Below, in pieces: positions 14,882 through 27,543 of a stretch of DNA of 64,000 nt (positions are counted from its first letter, which is position 1; every line of letters starts with the position of its first letter). Under the pieces are notes generated by a model. The model was not told the origin of the DNA. It worked only from the letters and a program-made list of their open reading frames with translations, and did not search any database. Source of the stretch: Rotaria socialis (lineage: Eukaryota); contig CAJNYD010000013.1 of assembly GCA_905331295.1 (NCBI GenBank), positions 268,763 through 332,762 of the forward strand, given 5' to 3'. The position numbers and the translations under genes were made by a program.

Positions 14882-15900
14882 CTATGTTTTTTTGGTTGAA
14901 TTTCACTTTCTTCATTTTCTGCAGGAATCGTAGTGGTGAATGAAGTAGCAGGCAGATCAACAATATTTGAAACAATTTGGTATGCTATGTTTGACGAAGA
15001 GTTCGACTAGATAATGGCTAGATTACACAAAAAAGAGAAGAAACAAGAAATTGTTTAATTGATCAAGTGCTAATGCATCCGATTTACTGAACGTATCCTC
15101 ATTAAGATCCGGACTCCGAAATATATCTTCCTCGTAGCGGAGACCGTAATTGTGAACAGCTTTTGATAAAGTTTGATATAAATTAATAGATGATTTCTAT
15201 GAAGAGAAGAGAAACTTATCGGTCACAACTCCAAGGAAAAACTTTGACGAGAAAGAGACCGTCTTCATCAAATCACTCTTTCTTTCCTCACGTATTCATT
15301 TAGATTTGTTCATTCCAGATGAATGAATCAAATACAGAATCCGATCGAACTACTGTCGGATCTTGATCAGATCCGATTGTCGGAATGATGCTACATGCGT
15401 TTTAGTACAAATCTTATTGGCGCGAAATTCTTCTTCAATACCTGTACATTTCATGTGGCGAGAAGATTACCATGCTTTTACTCTTCTATGGTGAGAGTAT
15501 TCCAAAAGTTTTTCTTCCCAGTTCGAAGTTTAAGGAGTTCATAATCGGTGATAAACGGCAGTACACATTCGGTTTATCTACATGTACGATCGTTTATCAT
15601 CGTATTGTATACCAAGAAATACGATCATATATGGAGATCGTAAACAGTCGTCGTTGTTCGTCTTTGGCACCTAGTCGAAGTGAGTGATGCGATTGTTCTA
15701 ATTAATTGACAGTCTGACGTTTATTAGATGATAAACAAAAGTAAATCGATCGCTAGTGAAAATTGAGTATTCTGCCACTTGGAATGGTTAGTGAGCAAAC
15801 AACTAATATTCACTGTTCTCATATTCAAATCGTTGATTTAACTACCTGCAATAACCATTGTGTGCTTCATTTTGATTGATCAGAAAATCGAAACAAAACG

Positions 15901-16196
15901 AGCCCCTAATCGACTCTCCCCCAACGATTCCCCGTAAAATAACGAAATCCCTGGGGAGTCCCTGTCGTGAGTCCCCGGGGACTCCCCGGGGATTTCTCTG
16001 GGGAGAATTGATGAAATCTTTTAAAATAAAAAAAAAACTTTTTAATTTTTTTAATTTTTAAAAAATTAAGAAGAATTTATTAGTAATTAGATATTTCATC
16101 GATTTTGACCAGATAACTCCCCGGGGAGTCCCCGCAAAAGAACGAAATCCCTGGTGACTCCCTGGGGATTCTTCTAGGGAGAGTTGACTAGGGGCT
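15901..16196. mobile_element. MITE with 20-bp TIRs
   Basis: AGCCCCTAATCGACTCTCCC vs reverse complement of right end AGCCCCTAGTCAACTCTCCC (18/20). Internal repeats AACGAAATCCCTGG at 15941 and 16141, and palindromic ACTCCCCGGGGAGT. Confidence 0.8.
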
Positions 16197-16762
16197 AAAT
16201 ACTTCCCACCCTGACACACTTGAATGATGTAGAGTTTTGGTTTGTCAATGAAAGGACTATACCAAATACGTCTAGATCAAAATTTTCATCATCATATGAG
16301 AATTGTGCAAATACAACTATAAATTGTAATCTCATGAAAACGCATACCGGCTTCATCCACAAACTGTTTATAAGCATTCTTCGCTGTTGTCAAGTATAAA
16401 TAAAACAAAATCTAGAATTCTGTAGCCTCATGTGTTGTCATATATATTCTTCAAAAACAGCACATGACAGTGCAAAGTCTAGGTTCGCAGAGGCATATTC
16501 TCTCCGTTACAAAGTGTATTTGTATTCACAGATTTCTGCCTTACTTGATTTCATCTTGACCGTAAATGCACATAGTTCAATTAGAAATTTTTAGAAGTTC
16601 ATATAATATAGACGTACACATTAATAGGTTTAATCATTGGCAACAAAAAGAAAGAAATAGTTGCATTATTTTAAGGTCAAGAATTGATTTTCATATTCAA
16701 AAACAAAACTTATATGCATGAAAAATTCGCAAGAGTAAAATAGATTTGAGTAACATATCATT

Positions 16763-18849
16763 CTAGTCCATCTTAAATCCGTCCATAAATTTGAATTGCT
16801 CAAGAAAAATAGACATCGGTGTGTTTCGTGAACGAATACGATTGAGTTGATTTGAGATTTTACTTGCTAAGTTACGATTTCGTAAGATCGCGTGACAAAT
16901 AATACCTATATGATTCATAATAGAACCTTACAAATTATTTCTATAGAAAGAAAAGTTCTACGAACCTAGTACGGGCAATAGAATGCCAAAAAGTATAATA
17001 AGCAAAAAATTCAAAAAGCTTATATTGTAAAAGACGATGGCAACTGTAATGATATTAAAAAGAGCGGAAGTAATTTTTGTAGATTTGGATGAAGATGAAT
17101 TGCCATGGTTAATCGACGATAAGTTCCGATTGAACTGAAATCTAGTGGGAAATAATGACTTGCTGCTTCTTCGTACGTAGACAATCAGTATTAACCCAAA
17201 ATGAATTAGAAAATCGACAGGAAACATGATTCTATATTAAATATTTGAAGTTTTCTTGGAAAATAAAAAAAGCATAACTTACGCAATAATTATCAAACAT
17301 ACGATGACGAATGCGAAGTAATTAGTTTGATAGTAAATTAAATTGCCGTGAAGTCTATTCTTTAATCGATCATCGTCGAAAAATTTTGGTATATTCCATG
17401 TTGCATCGAAAAGAAAGTCATTAAGCGATCGAATTGGAGCCGTTTGCATTTCTTTTGTTAGCCACTGCTTATTTCTGTCACGATCTATTGTTTTGTTTTT
17501 TGGCACTGAAAAAACGGTTGTACTCAACTCAATTAAATAAAATCCTGAAAACTTCCGAGCGATCTTCTTCAACAATTTCCGTGTCTTGAGTTTTTTCTTT
17601 GGAAAAGTGAAAGTTGTCTTAGTCATTTACCTTGGATGGGTTCACGATTATACGTTTTCACTTCAATTTGTTTGACAGGTCTTAATTCTTGTTCTGACAC
17701 GTGAGGAACTTGATCATTGATACGATTGAATAGTCGACAACCGATACGTTGAGCCGTACTAAATCGTTGAAGCGTTTGTAGATATTCCATATTTAGACGT
17801 AAAATCAATGACCGTTGTTTCTCCTAAACACGTTTCGAATAGAATGGTCAGTATCTTTTAGCTACTATATCGTTTATGTGGAGGTAACTGGACATTCGTT
17901 GCAGACAATTCGTCGCATAGATAATTCGTCGTATAGACAATGCGTCGCATTGACAATTCGTCGCGTAGTTAATTGAATGTGACACAATTAATGTAGAGGT
18001 GGAGAGAGAAATTTATTCATAGGGAAGTCTAGTGAAAATCATATTTTAGTTAAATTTACCTTTGAAATCTCTACTGTGATATCGAAAAATCATTTTCGCA
18101 AAAAGCTTTTCGTTCTAAATTATAATTGTAACCTTCATTAACAATTAGAATATTTATTTTTTGCTTGGTGAGGATAACAGAGTTATAATTTTATACATTA
18201 ATTGAAACGCGGTTTTAGTTAAGCCAATTAACAGTGAGAAATGGCACAGTTATAATTAATTACAGCATATTCGCGACCAATAATCTGACAGCAAAATGCC
18301 CGTACAACGAATTGTTCATGCGACAAATTATATGGCGACGAATTGTCTGCGACGAATTCACGTAGCACCAAATTACGTAGTTTGTAAAATTAGCGGCTGT
18401 GTTCACGCTATCATTTAGATTCAACAATTAGTTTTTGATAAAATGTTTTGAAACTTGGTCAGTATTCATTGACTTACACAGTCGGTTTCGCTTAAACCGG
18501 ATAAATTTTTGATCTGTTTCAATGCATCGGCAGTTTTTAACATTAGATTATCGGACTCAATCAAAACAGTTTCACTAGAAGAGATCCGTAGAGAAACTTA
18601 GTTATGGTTTAATAATAAAATAAGAAGCACGTATACATACAGATGACGTATTACAAAGTTCCACTCCGAGTTTTGGTTTACTGTTAGTTTTTCTATTTTA
18701 GCAGCTTAAATTTCAAAAACAATACAAATGAATACGCGAGAACATTATTGACTACGAGATATAAAACGAGCAAGCATACCATTTTGGCGAATTTGTTCCA
18801 ATTGAGAAATAACAATTTTTTCTAGCCGTATGAGTTCATTTACTCCCAT
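16763..18849 (-). CDS. PRA1-family protein (PRAF3/ARL6IP5-like), probably with an N-terminal extension
   Basis: MQTAPIRSLNDF...RLKNRLHGNLIYYQTNYF...CHAILRNRNLASKISNQL..NTPMSIFLE is a PRA1 domain (ATG at ~17449). Upstream exons splice in frame from ATG 18849 (see findings). Confidence 0.85.
17882..18369. mobile_element. Non-autonomous DNA transposon with subterminal tandem repeats, in an intron
   Basis: Left end has 4-5 tandem ~16-bp units ACAATTCGTCGCATAG (17895-17968). Right end has inverted copies GCGACGAATTGT (18305-18358). Termini GGTAAC.../...GCACC. Confidence 0.7.
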
Positions 18850-19323
18850 TATTAATTTGTCAAAAGAAATATGAATAAAATAGTGTCCGCCTTAATTTTG
18901 CTGGTCAGTTGAATTCTTAATAAATTATAACACGATGCACTCAAAAAGCGTAAACAAAAAAGATAACTGCTTGCTATCTTAGAATGACAGGGAACAATAT
19001 CGGCCACGTTGCATTCGTAATCTTTGGTTTCTCCCTGCATTTGACACGTAAAATAACTCATGAATTATTCTCAGTCATATGTGTGAGAAGCAAACGTTAC
19101 CGTATAATTGATAGACGATTCCATTTGATAGTACCGATAAGGTGGTCTAAGTCTCTGTGGCAAAAAAAACACTATGTTCCAAAAATCTCGTTGAACCATT
19201 AAAGAATCGATGAGATGCGGATGCGCAATACTTAATTACCAGCAAAATTTCGATATATTTACCGTTGGTGTTTTAAACAAAAAATTATTTATTCCATTTT
19301 GCTAATACTCTCTTCTTGTTTTA

Positions 19324-19396
19324 CCCAGGACGAGCTTTACGACGTCCGTATACGGTGAAATACGGGCCGTATACGACCGTGTATGTTCGACCTGGG
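19324..19396. mobile_element. 73-bp mini-MITE
   Basis: CCCAGGACGA ... TCGACCTGGG inverted termini flanked by TA; internal CCGTATACG repeats. Confidence 0.65.
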
Positions 19397-19867
19397 TAGT
19401 CTATCTATGTGGTTCTATATCTATATGATGTTTTCATGTAAACCAGAGGTCGCTGTAATACGAAGATGAAACCAACCATAGTTAACAAGAAATTCTAGGC
19501 GGAGTTCGATTAATCATAAAATTTAAGACAAAGAAAAGTCTAGAAAAAATTATTACAACATTTCATGGAAAATTTCTGTATCTTTCAACAATTGCATTCT
19601 TTCTGTCGTTGAATTAACTTACTCATTGAGACATTCAACTTAGTCAATGGCGGCTTATATTTTTTTTCTTTTTCATCATGTTTGTTCCTGTCCTTCTTTT
19701 TTGCCTTTCATGGTCACTTAACTTGTTGTTCATAGAATGTCTACGTGGCTAAAAATGCCACAGATTATTCTGAATCATTTTAATGAATATAAATATGAAA
19801 AACTTTCTCATTTTTTCTCTAGAATTTTTTCACATTTCCCATTCTATTCAATAAATATAAGCAATAA

Positions 19868-20720
<853 letters not shown>

Positions 20721-22563
20721 ACATTGATATAACAACAATCCATTTAATATCTTTAACATTGTCTCTTCTACTGTTCTTCTTTTTTTGTCTTTTGCAAATA
20801 TATATATATTTCAACATGATATATAAGTCTATTTCTTTGCTTTTTTTATCGAAAAACAAAACAATGGAAACGGTTCGATTCTTACGTTTTATTTATTCTA
20901 TTGGTCTCTTTTATTTTAAGGTGTTCTCAGCAAAGTTCCCATTTATCTAATGATCACTTCAAGTGTCCGTTGTTTCATTCTATATTCTATCAGTTTTTTG
21001 TTCCTATTCTCCTCTCTCTCTCTCTCTCTCTTTTTTTTTGTGTTTGTTTGTTTGTTGTTATTTGGAAATTTTTGTTCACTTGGATTCTGGTAAGGGAAGA
21101 GAAAATGATGGTACACCATTGTTTGAACAAGAAAATAAAACATACATGAAATATTTACACTAATAAAGATTAAGTAAAAATACCAATGTTTTTTAATTTA
21201 TAGGACAAAATTGAATTGGTTTCGTTTTTACATTAGACTAAAAGAGAATATCTTACTGATTTTCTCTGCGTGTTTTACAAATAATAGTATATCAATACAT
21301 AGTTATAATAAGTAGAAACGTTGTAGCTAATAAATGGGAGTTTAGTGTTGAAAACTACATGTAATACGAGTCTTTTATGATAAAGAAATTTGGTAGCTAA
21401 TACGATAAATTGATACCAATCTCTTGGCCATAATGAATGACTGTAATTGGTTTTGATCATATAGTAACTTTATTTTAAAATAAAATATACTATAAAATGA
21501 CGCGTGAAAAACACAATAATTTGCAATAAGTATCTTACTTTTGATAGATGCAAATTATCTTTTCAAAGGGGGCAATTGTGTTCTGCTCCTAATTTGTAAT
21601 GGTTTGAATATAATCGGTACACGACGTATATATCCAATAGGACATCATTAATGATAACTTTATATACTAGTCATTTATAATATGTTAAATGTGAAAAAAC
21701 AGTTACAATAGGATTCTCGTGCAATAAAAATGATATTTTGCAATGTCTTGAAAATTTGTTTCATGAAACTTACATTAGGCCATCTTGAAAGTAAAAACTA
21801 TACTGGATGTGAGTGTGTGATCTAATGAAGTATCTCACTTTCTGAAAGTTTAATTTGCAATAGGTCGCGAAATAGTTTTGAGTACTAGCTACAAAATGTT
21901 AAGTCTTCCTCTGTCATTTTCGAAAACTGTCGAAAGCTCTGTTAATATGTACGGTGAACTTGTTACATATAGACTTACGTGAAGCAAAGAAATCGCGTGG
22001 TTATCAATATTTATCGTTACGAGCAAATAATGCATATACATAACCTAGAGATATAGCAGCATATCTTTTATTTGATTAAAATCAAAATATCTTTTAGTTC
22101 CATCTACTAGAGGTAAACATTATGATAAATACGGAAATAGTTCTTTGACAAATTACTTATGGAATTCGTCACCAAAAATATCTCGAAAGAGAAATATAAC
22201 TGTTCAAAATCTTTCTATGATTGTAAATGTCAAAGCATTATAATCGTACTATGATGCTCTTTTCCATTATTTTTAGGATATTCTTGAAAAGCAAGATATT
22301 CATGTACAATTGATATTTTTCGATGTACACAACATTTTTTCTTGAAGATTATTTTCTTTTATACAGTTACAGATAGAGTGTGATTGTTTAAATAGAATTG
22401 ATTTCGATTAAATAAATATATTTTAGTACAAACGAGACAAAGGTTCGTTTAACCAAACTATATAGTTAGAAATATCTGCTTGTTTTTCCTATGCGAAGAC
22501 TTGTTTTTTGTATAAATGACTACAAAAATATAGAATAAAGTATGTTATATTATAATATTTAAG

Positions 22564-22720
22564 AAAAAAACTGAATGCCTTTCGCACATCAGAAAACGCG
22601 TCCTAACTACGGCCACATTTTTTTTCCACGATTTACGTAGACGGACTCATCCAAATATCTTGGACGTTTCCTCGTGTGCTACGGGCCTGCCGAAAGATGG
22701 CGAGATCGGCCCGGGCATCT
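22564..22720 (-). ncRNA. Candidate structured non-coding RNA (unassigned, Pol III-like end)
   Basis: ~51% GC island (hand count) in AT-rich intergenic DNA, with three foldable stems and a terminal hairpin followed by T7. Confidence 0.4.
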
Positions 22721-23057
22721 GTTCAAATTAAGTAAATATCTATTTGAAGTTAAATACATAAGAAATTGCGCAATAACATATTCGTCTTCGTCCGCCGATT
22801 TGTTCACGGTTCTTTTACTTCGTAGAGATATAGAAATACATATATCTTTTGTCGTTCTTTTATTCTCTTTTATTTTTATTTTATTCGATCAAATACAACG
22901 TTCGAATTTTTATGTATTAATAACAAAAGAAAAAACACACGCGCTGTTCTTCTTATTATTGTTTTTTTTCTCTACATGAGACCGGAGTCCATTCGATAAC
23001 AAAAGAAAACGATCGAAAATTTAGCATTGGTGCTTTTTCTATGTTTTTGTGTAATAA

Positions 23058-24268
23058 TTAATAATTTTTATTGGCCACGCCAACGGTTAATTTCTTTTGG
23101 GCAATGGCAAGATGGTCACTGTATTCTTGAAATGGTGTTTTAGTGAATACAGTTTCTTTCCATAAATCAGGTGTTAAATATGAATAAGTTGATGCCATAG
23201 CGGCGTATGTTGCTTTAGCTAAAACGCACAGTAACAAAATATAGAAAAATATTTAAAAAAAGACTCATAAGTAATATACCGAAGTTGCCAAGTGTAGCGG
23301 TACATCCTTTGGCTGCTGTCCAGCAATCTTGAATACCAGCCATTTGAAGAAGTTTCTTTGGTACTGGAGCGCATACAAGACTTGTTCCACGAGGTGCTGG
23401 AATCAAACGTACAAGTACACTACCACAAGAGCCTGTTACCTATAATGAATAGAAAGCATTATAGTGAATCATATAATTTAGAAAATTATACTTTGCATGG
23501 AACTGTATGTGGCAAACCAATTTTGTTACCCCAATAACCTCGTCGTACAGGGATAACGGAGAGCTTGGCGAGAATAATAGCACCACGAATAGCAGTTGCT
23601 ACTTCTTTTGAACATTTAACACCAAGACCAATATGTCCTTTGCCATCACCAACGACAACAATAGCCTTGAAACGGGTACGTTGACCAGCTCGAGTTTGTT
23701 TCTGTACGGGCATAATTTTGAGTACTTCATCTTTAAGATCTGGTAATAGGCGATCGATAATATCGGCTTCCTAAATCATAAATTCATATAGAAACAATGA
23801 AAACAAGCGAAAAAACAATGAACAAACTTTGATGGGTAATGAAAATAGATAGATTTCTTCGAGTGTACGAATTTTGCCATCATTAACTAAGCGACCTAGT
23901 TTGGTGACTGGTACCCATGCTTTTGTTGTATCATCTTTTGGACGTTGACCACGACGACCACGGCCACGACCACGACCTAGCAAACGAATGGCATAAGTAA
24001 ATTATGTTTTGTAAATTTTTTTCAACATACTGTCGCCACGGCCTCCTTCACCACGACCGCGACCTATAAAAAGACAAGAAAATTTTTAAACAAAAAAAGA
24101 ATTTTTTTAAAATTTTCTACAACTTACCTCCTTCACCACGTCCACGGCCACCTTCACCGCCTCGTCCTACAAGAAAAATTCTAGCTTTACATAATGACTA
24201 ATCTTTGCCATGCAATTTTTACCGCCTCGTGTGCCAAAGCCACCTCGGGTTCCGCCACGTTCTGCCAT
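23058..24268 (-). CDS. RPS2: 40S ribosomal protein S2 (uS5)
   Basis: 7 exons. RGG-rich N-terminus, [61 protein letters not shown]. Confidence 0.99.
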
Positions 24269-24988
24269 ATTTGATCTTTTCTTTTTATATAATTATCTGA
24301 AAATAGAATTTACTTTAGTAATAATATTTAAACGACTAGCATTTTAATGCAATCGATTAAAACTGTCACGTATTGAATGAATGCCATTCATATCTAAAAG
24401 TAAAAAGAAAAGAAATTTAAAATGTTGTCAACGTTGAACAAATCTTGTTTTTAGAAACAAAATTAGAAAAGCAAACAAGAGCAGAACGATGACAAATTTT
24501 ATATTTCTATTCCTGCTGTGTCTTGTATGAACATAACAAAACATTAGTCAATGTTCACAAATGCCAACAGGTTATTGGTAATTACTTTAGCTTTATTTAG
24601 ATTTTCCTGTTAAATTTTCAGTTTTCACTATCTATGACTGTTCCTCTTTTGTTTTTCCTGCATCCGGTTATGTGTGTTCAAGAAGTAAAATGTTGACACA
24701 AAATATTATCGACAGGAGTATTGTTTCTTGAGAGAAATATATTTTTGCCTATTTGTTTGACAAGGTAAAAATTCTGTTGTTTTTAGATATAATTTTACAT
24801 GTGAAAAAAGAATGAAAGAAGAACGAGATTCTTTTTCATTTCATCTTAATGGTATACATGTCTGACAAGTTTGTTTCTTAGCAACAGAACAAACACACAA
24901 ACAACGCTTTTCTTACAACATCTCCAACACAAAGTCATACATACTATAATCGATTCACCAAAAAGCTTATTATATTAGAATAAAAACA

Positions 24989-26306
24989 ATGCTATACATG
25001 CCAGCAACCACATTAGCGACACCATTAGTCCTGCAAGAAACTAAAACAGTGCCATTTTTACCGCAGTATTATATGGTACCAACAACAACAACAACAACAA
25101 CAACAATGATTCCGACAGCATCATTTCTTAATACAACATTTGCTTATCCAACTTACGGCATATTGACTAAAACAATTGAAAAACCTCCAACTGTTGAAGG
25201 TATATGTATTGAAATCAGTTGATAGAACATTAACATCAGAGTTCATTTTTTTAGTTAAACAACCTCCTCAACAGGTTATACACCATTATCCATCATCATG
25301 CTCTACAAATCATTATAGTGATTGTTGCGACTTATGCTGTCCATGGAAAGATCAATCGCCTAATTCTTCTAATCAACGATCACGGTCGCGATCACAATCA
25401 CAATCACGATCTCGATCTCGATCACATTCTCCGCCGACATGTGACCAAGAACGTTATTCTCGTTGTGATCAATACGATGGATCGAAATGTAATCCTAATG
25501 TTGAAACTGTCGATGAAAAAATCGCACGTATTCGACGTGAACTACATTTAAATTCAGCATCTAGACATGACAAATCAACAGAAACCATCGATTATTATCA
25601 TCGACGACCATCACCACCACCACCAATAACTCTAGAACAACGTATACCCTACAAACAACATTACGATGCACCAAAGCCACGTCGACGCAGTACATCATCA
25701 AACAGGTTAAGATTAATTTCAATTACTAAGAAATTTTGTTTGATGCTTTAATTTCCACATAGAGCATCATCGTTACCACGTGAACCATGGCGTTCATCAA
25801 ATCAAAATGATTATGCATGGCGAGATGCTCATATGCCTGCTTATCGTGCAGCTACATTAAATCGTTCACAAACATCACTTAATGAATCTCACCAATCGCA
25901 TGAAACAGCCCATCAACGTAGCCATTTAAATGCAGAACATCGATCGACAACTAATTGTAATAATAATTATGTCTACCGGCCAAAGTCTGAAGTTGAAACT
26001 CGTAAATATTACATACAAACAACAGGTAAAAATCCTGATCATGAAGTCTGTCAAGCCTTACATCCTAAAACAGCGACATATTATTCTACTGGATCCTGCT
26101 ATGATACACAATCACATACTAAAACTCATTCATTCTATTCGGAGGTTCCAAAAACAACATATGCACCGAAACTAGTTGATTTAACACCATCTCATAATTC
26201 ATATACAAGCAATGATCAATGTATACATATTGTACCAAAAAATGGTAGTACATTAGATCCACCCTACTTAAAAATTTATAACGCACCTGTTACATATCTT
26301 CATTAA
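24989..26306 (+). CDS. Hypothetical low-complexity protein (Thr/Ser/Arg/His-rich)
   Basis: 3 phase-compatible exons (~24989-25199, 25255-25704, 25763-26306) separated by ~55-nt GT-AG introns. Contains an RS dipeptide run and CCDLCCPW. No known domain recognised. Confidence 0.7.
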
Positions 26307-26518
26307 CGATCTACTACGTATTATTAAACTTTGCTTGAATTAATTTTTTTCTTTGCTCTTCTTTCGTCTTATACATATTTATAGTTTTTAAATTTCAGAA
26401 TATCCCAACAGAAATCCTTAAATTTATTATCGCACTAGGAACTGCTCTTACTTTCTCTAATAATAAAATGCCTGGGAGTCTTTTTATGAAAATCTATTCA
26501 ACACAATACTATGGGCAC

Positions 26519-26718
26519 TAGTGTTTTATCTAGCGGGAGGCCAAGGGACATTTTGCCCGCCCGAGAAAAATGAAATAAATAATTAACTTTTATATAAATT
26601 ACAAAATACAGATCTTTCGAACGCATCAGTATGATAGGCTCGATATTACTCATGATAGTTAGCCCCTTAAAAAACTTTTACCCGCCCTTCCGGAGTGAAA
26701 AATCTAGATAAAGCACTG
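26519..26718. mobile_element. hAT-type MITE
   Basis: TIRs TAGTGTTTTATCTAG vs reverse complement CAGTGCTTTATCTAG. 8-bp TSD ATGGGCAC / ATGGGTAC. Confidence 0.85.
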
Positions 26719-27543
26719 ATGGGTACTGATATTAACCTACGAATGAAGTCGTTGAAATTATCGACTATCTCGTCGCCGCCAGCTTCATCCTATTTCAGCA
26801 GCAAGAGGGACGTCCTCTGAGACTAATTAAAAATTTAGATTACATGTCACCGATACGGAGTCTTGTAATCGTTTTTTCCATGGAACCAGTAAGAAGTTAG
26901 AGAGTGCATAAACAAACTTTCCTTATTCCACTGAATATCACTGTTAAAACCTGACTTATTTAAAAATGTGAAAACTTTTCTACTCTTACTGATGACTTCA
27001 ATTTCTGATCGAAATCCTTTCCAAGACTTTAGTTAACTAACTTAATACTACTAGAAACAAAAACTTACCAAAAAAAAAACGAAATCTTCGGTTGAACGTA
27101 ATAATAATCTGAAATGAAAAAATGAAAAAAAATTATTTATGTAATGTATTTTTCTCATTAATTTGTTCTTATTTCATAATTATACGTCAAAATTGAAGAA
27201 TGAAATATAGTTAATATTTATAGAAAAATGAACTTTGTCATAAAACATTAGCCAACAATAAGCGACTAAACGTATACATATAAATATTTACACACATACA
27301 AATGAACGCATGCGAAGTAGATCGAGAGAAAAAAGGAACTGTTTTAGTATTCTGTAAAAAGAAAACGATTATTGCAGAAAAAGCACACTTACACAAATCA
27401 TTAACAGTAAATGATCTTAAAGATTTGGCGAGTAGACAACAAAGCGAGTGTATAAATACAATAAAAAGACGAGGACATTGTCGAACAAGGAATGTGACAG
27501 TATTTTTGTAAAAGAAAATCTTGAGCAAATATGAAAGCTAGTA

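Noticed and set aside
13654..15687. Scattered exon-like or ORF fragments (13956-14201, 14923-15010, 15472-15687)
   Set aside because: Could not assemble a consistent reading frame or recognise a domain.
17895..17968. Short tandem repeats resembling a CRISPR array
   Set aside because: No unique spacers, eukaryotic context, and inverted copies 350 bp away show they are transposon subterminal repeats.
22640..22672. GAAAC-GTC...GATGAG on the minus strand, resembling a permuted hammerhead
   Set aside because: Core reads TGGATGAG rather than CTGATGAG, and stem III has no loop.
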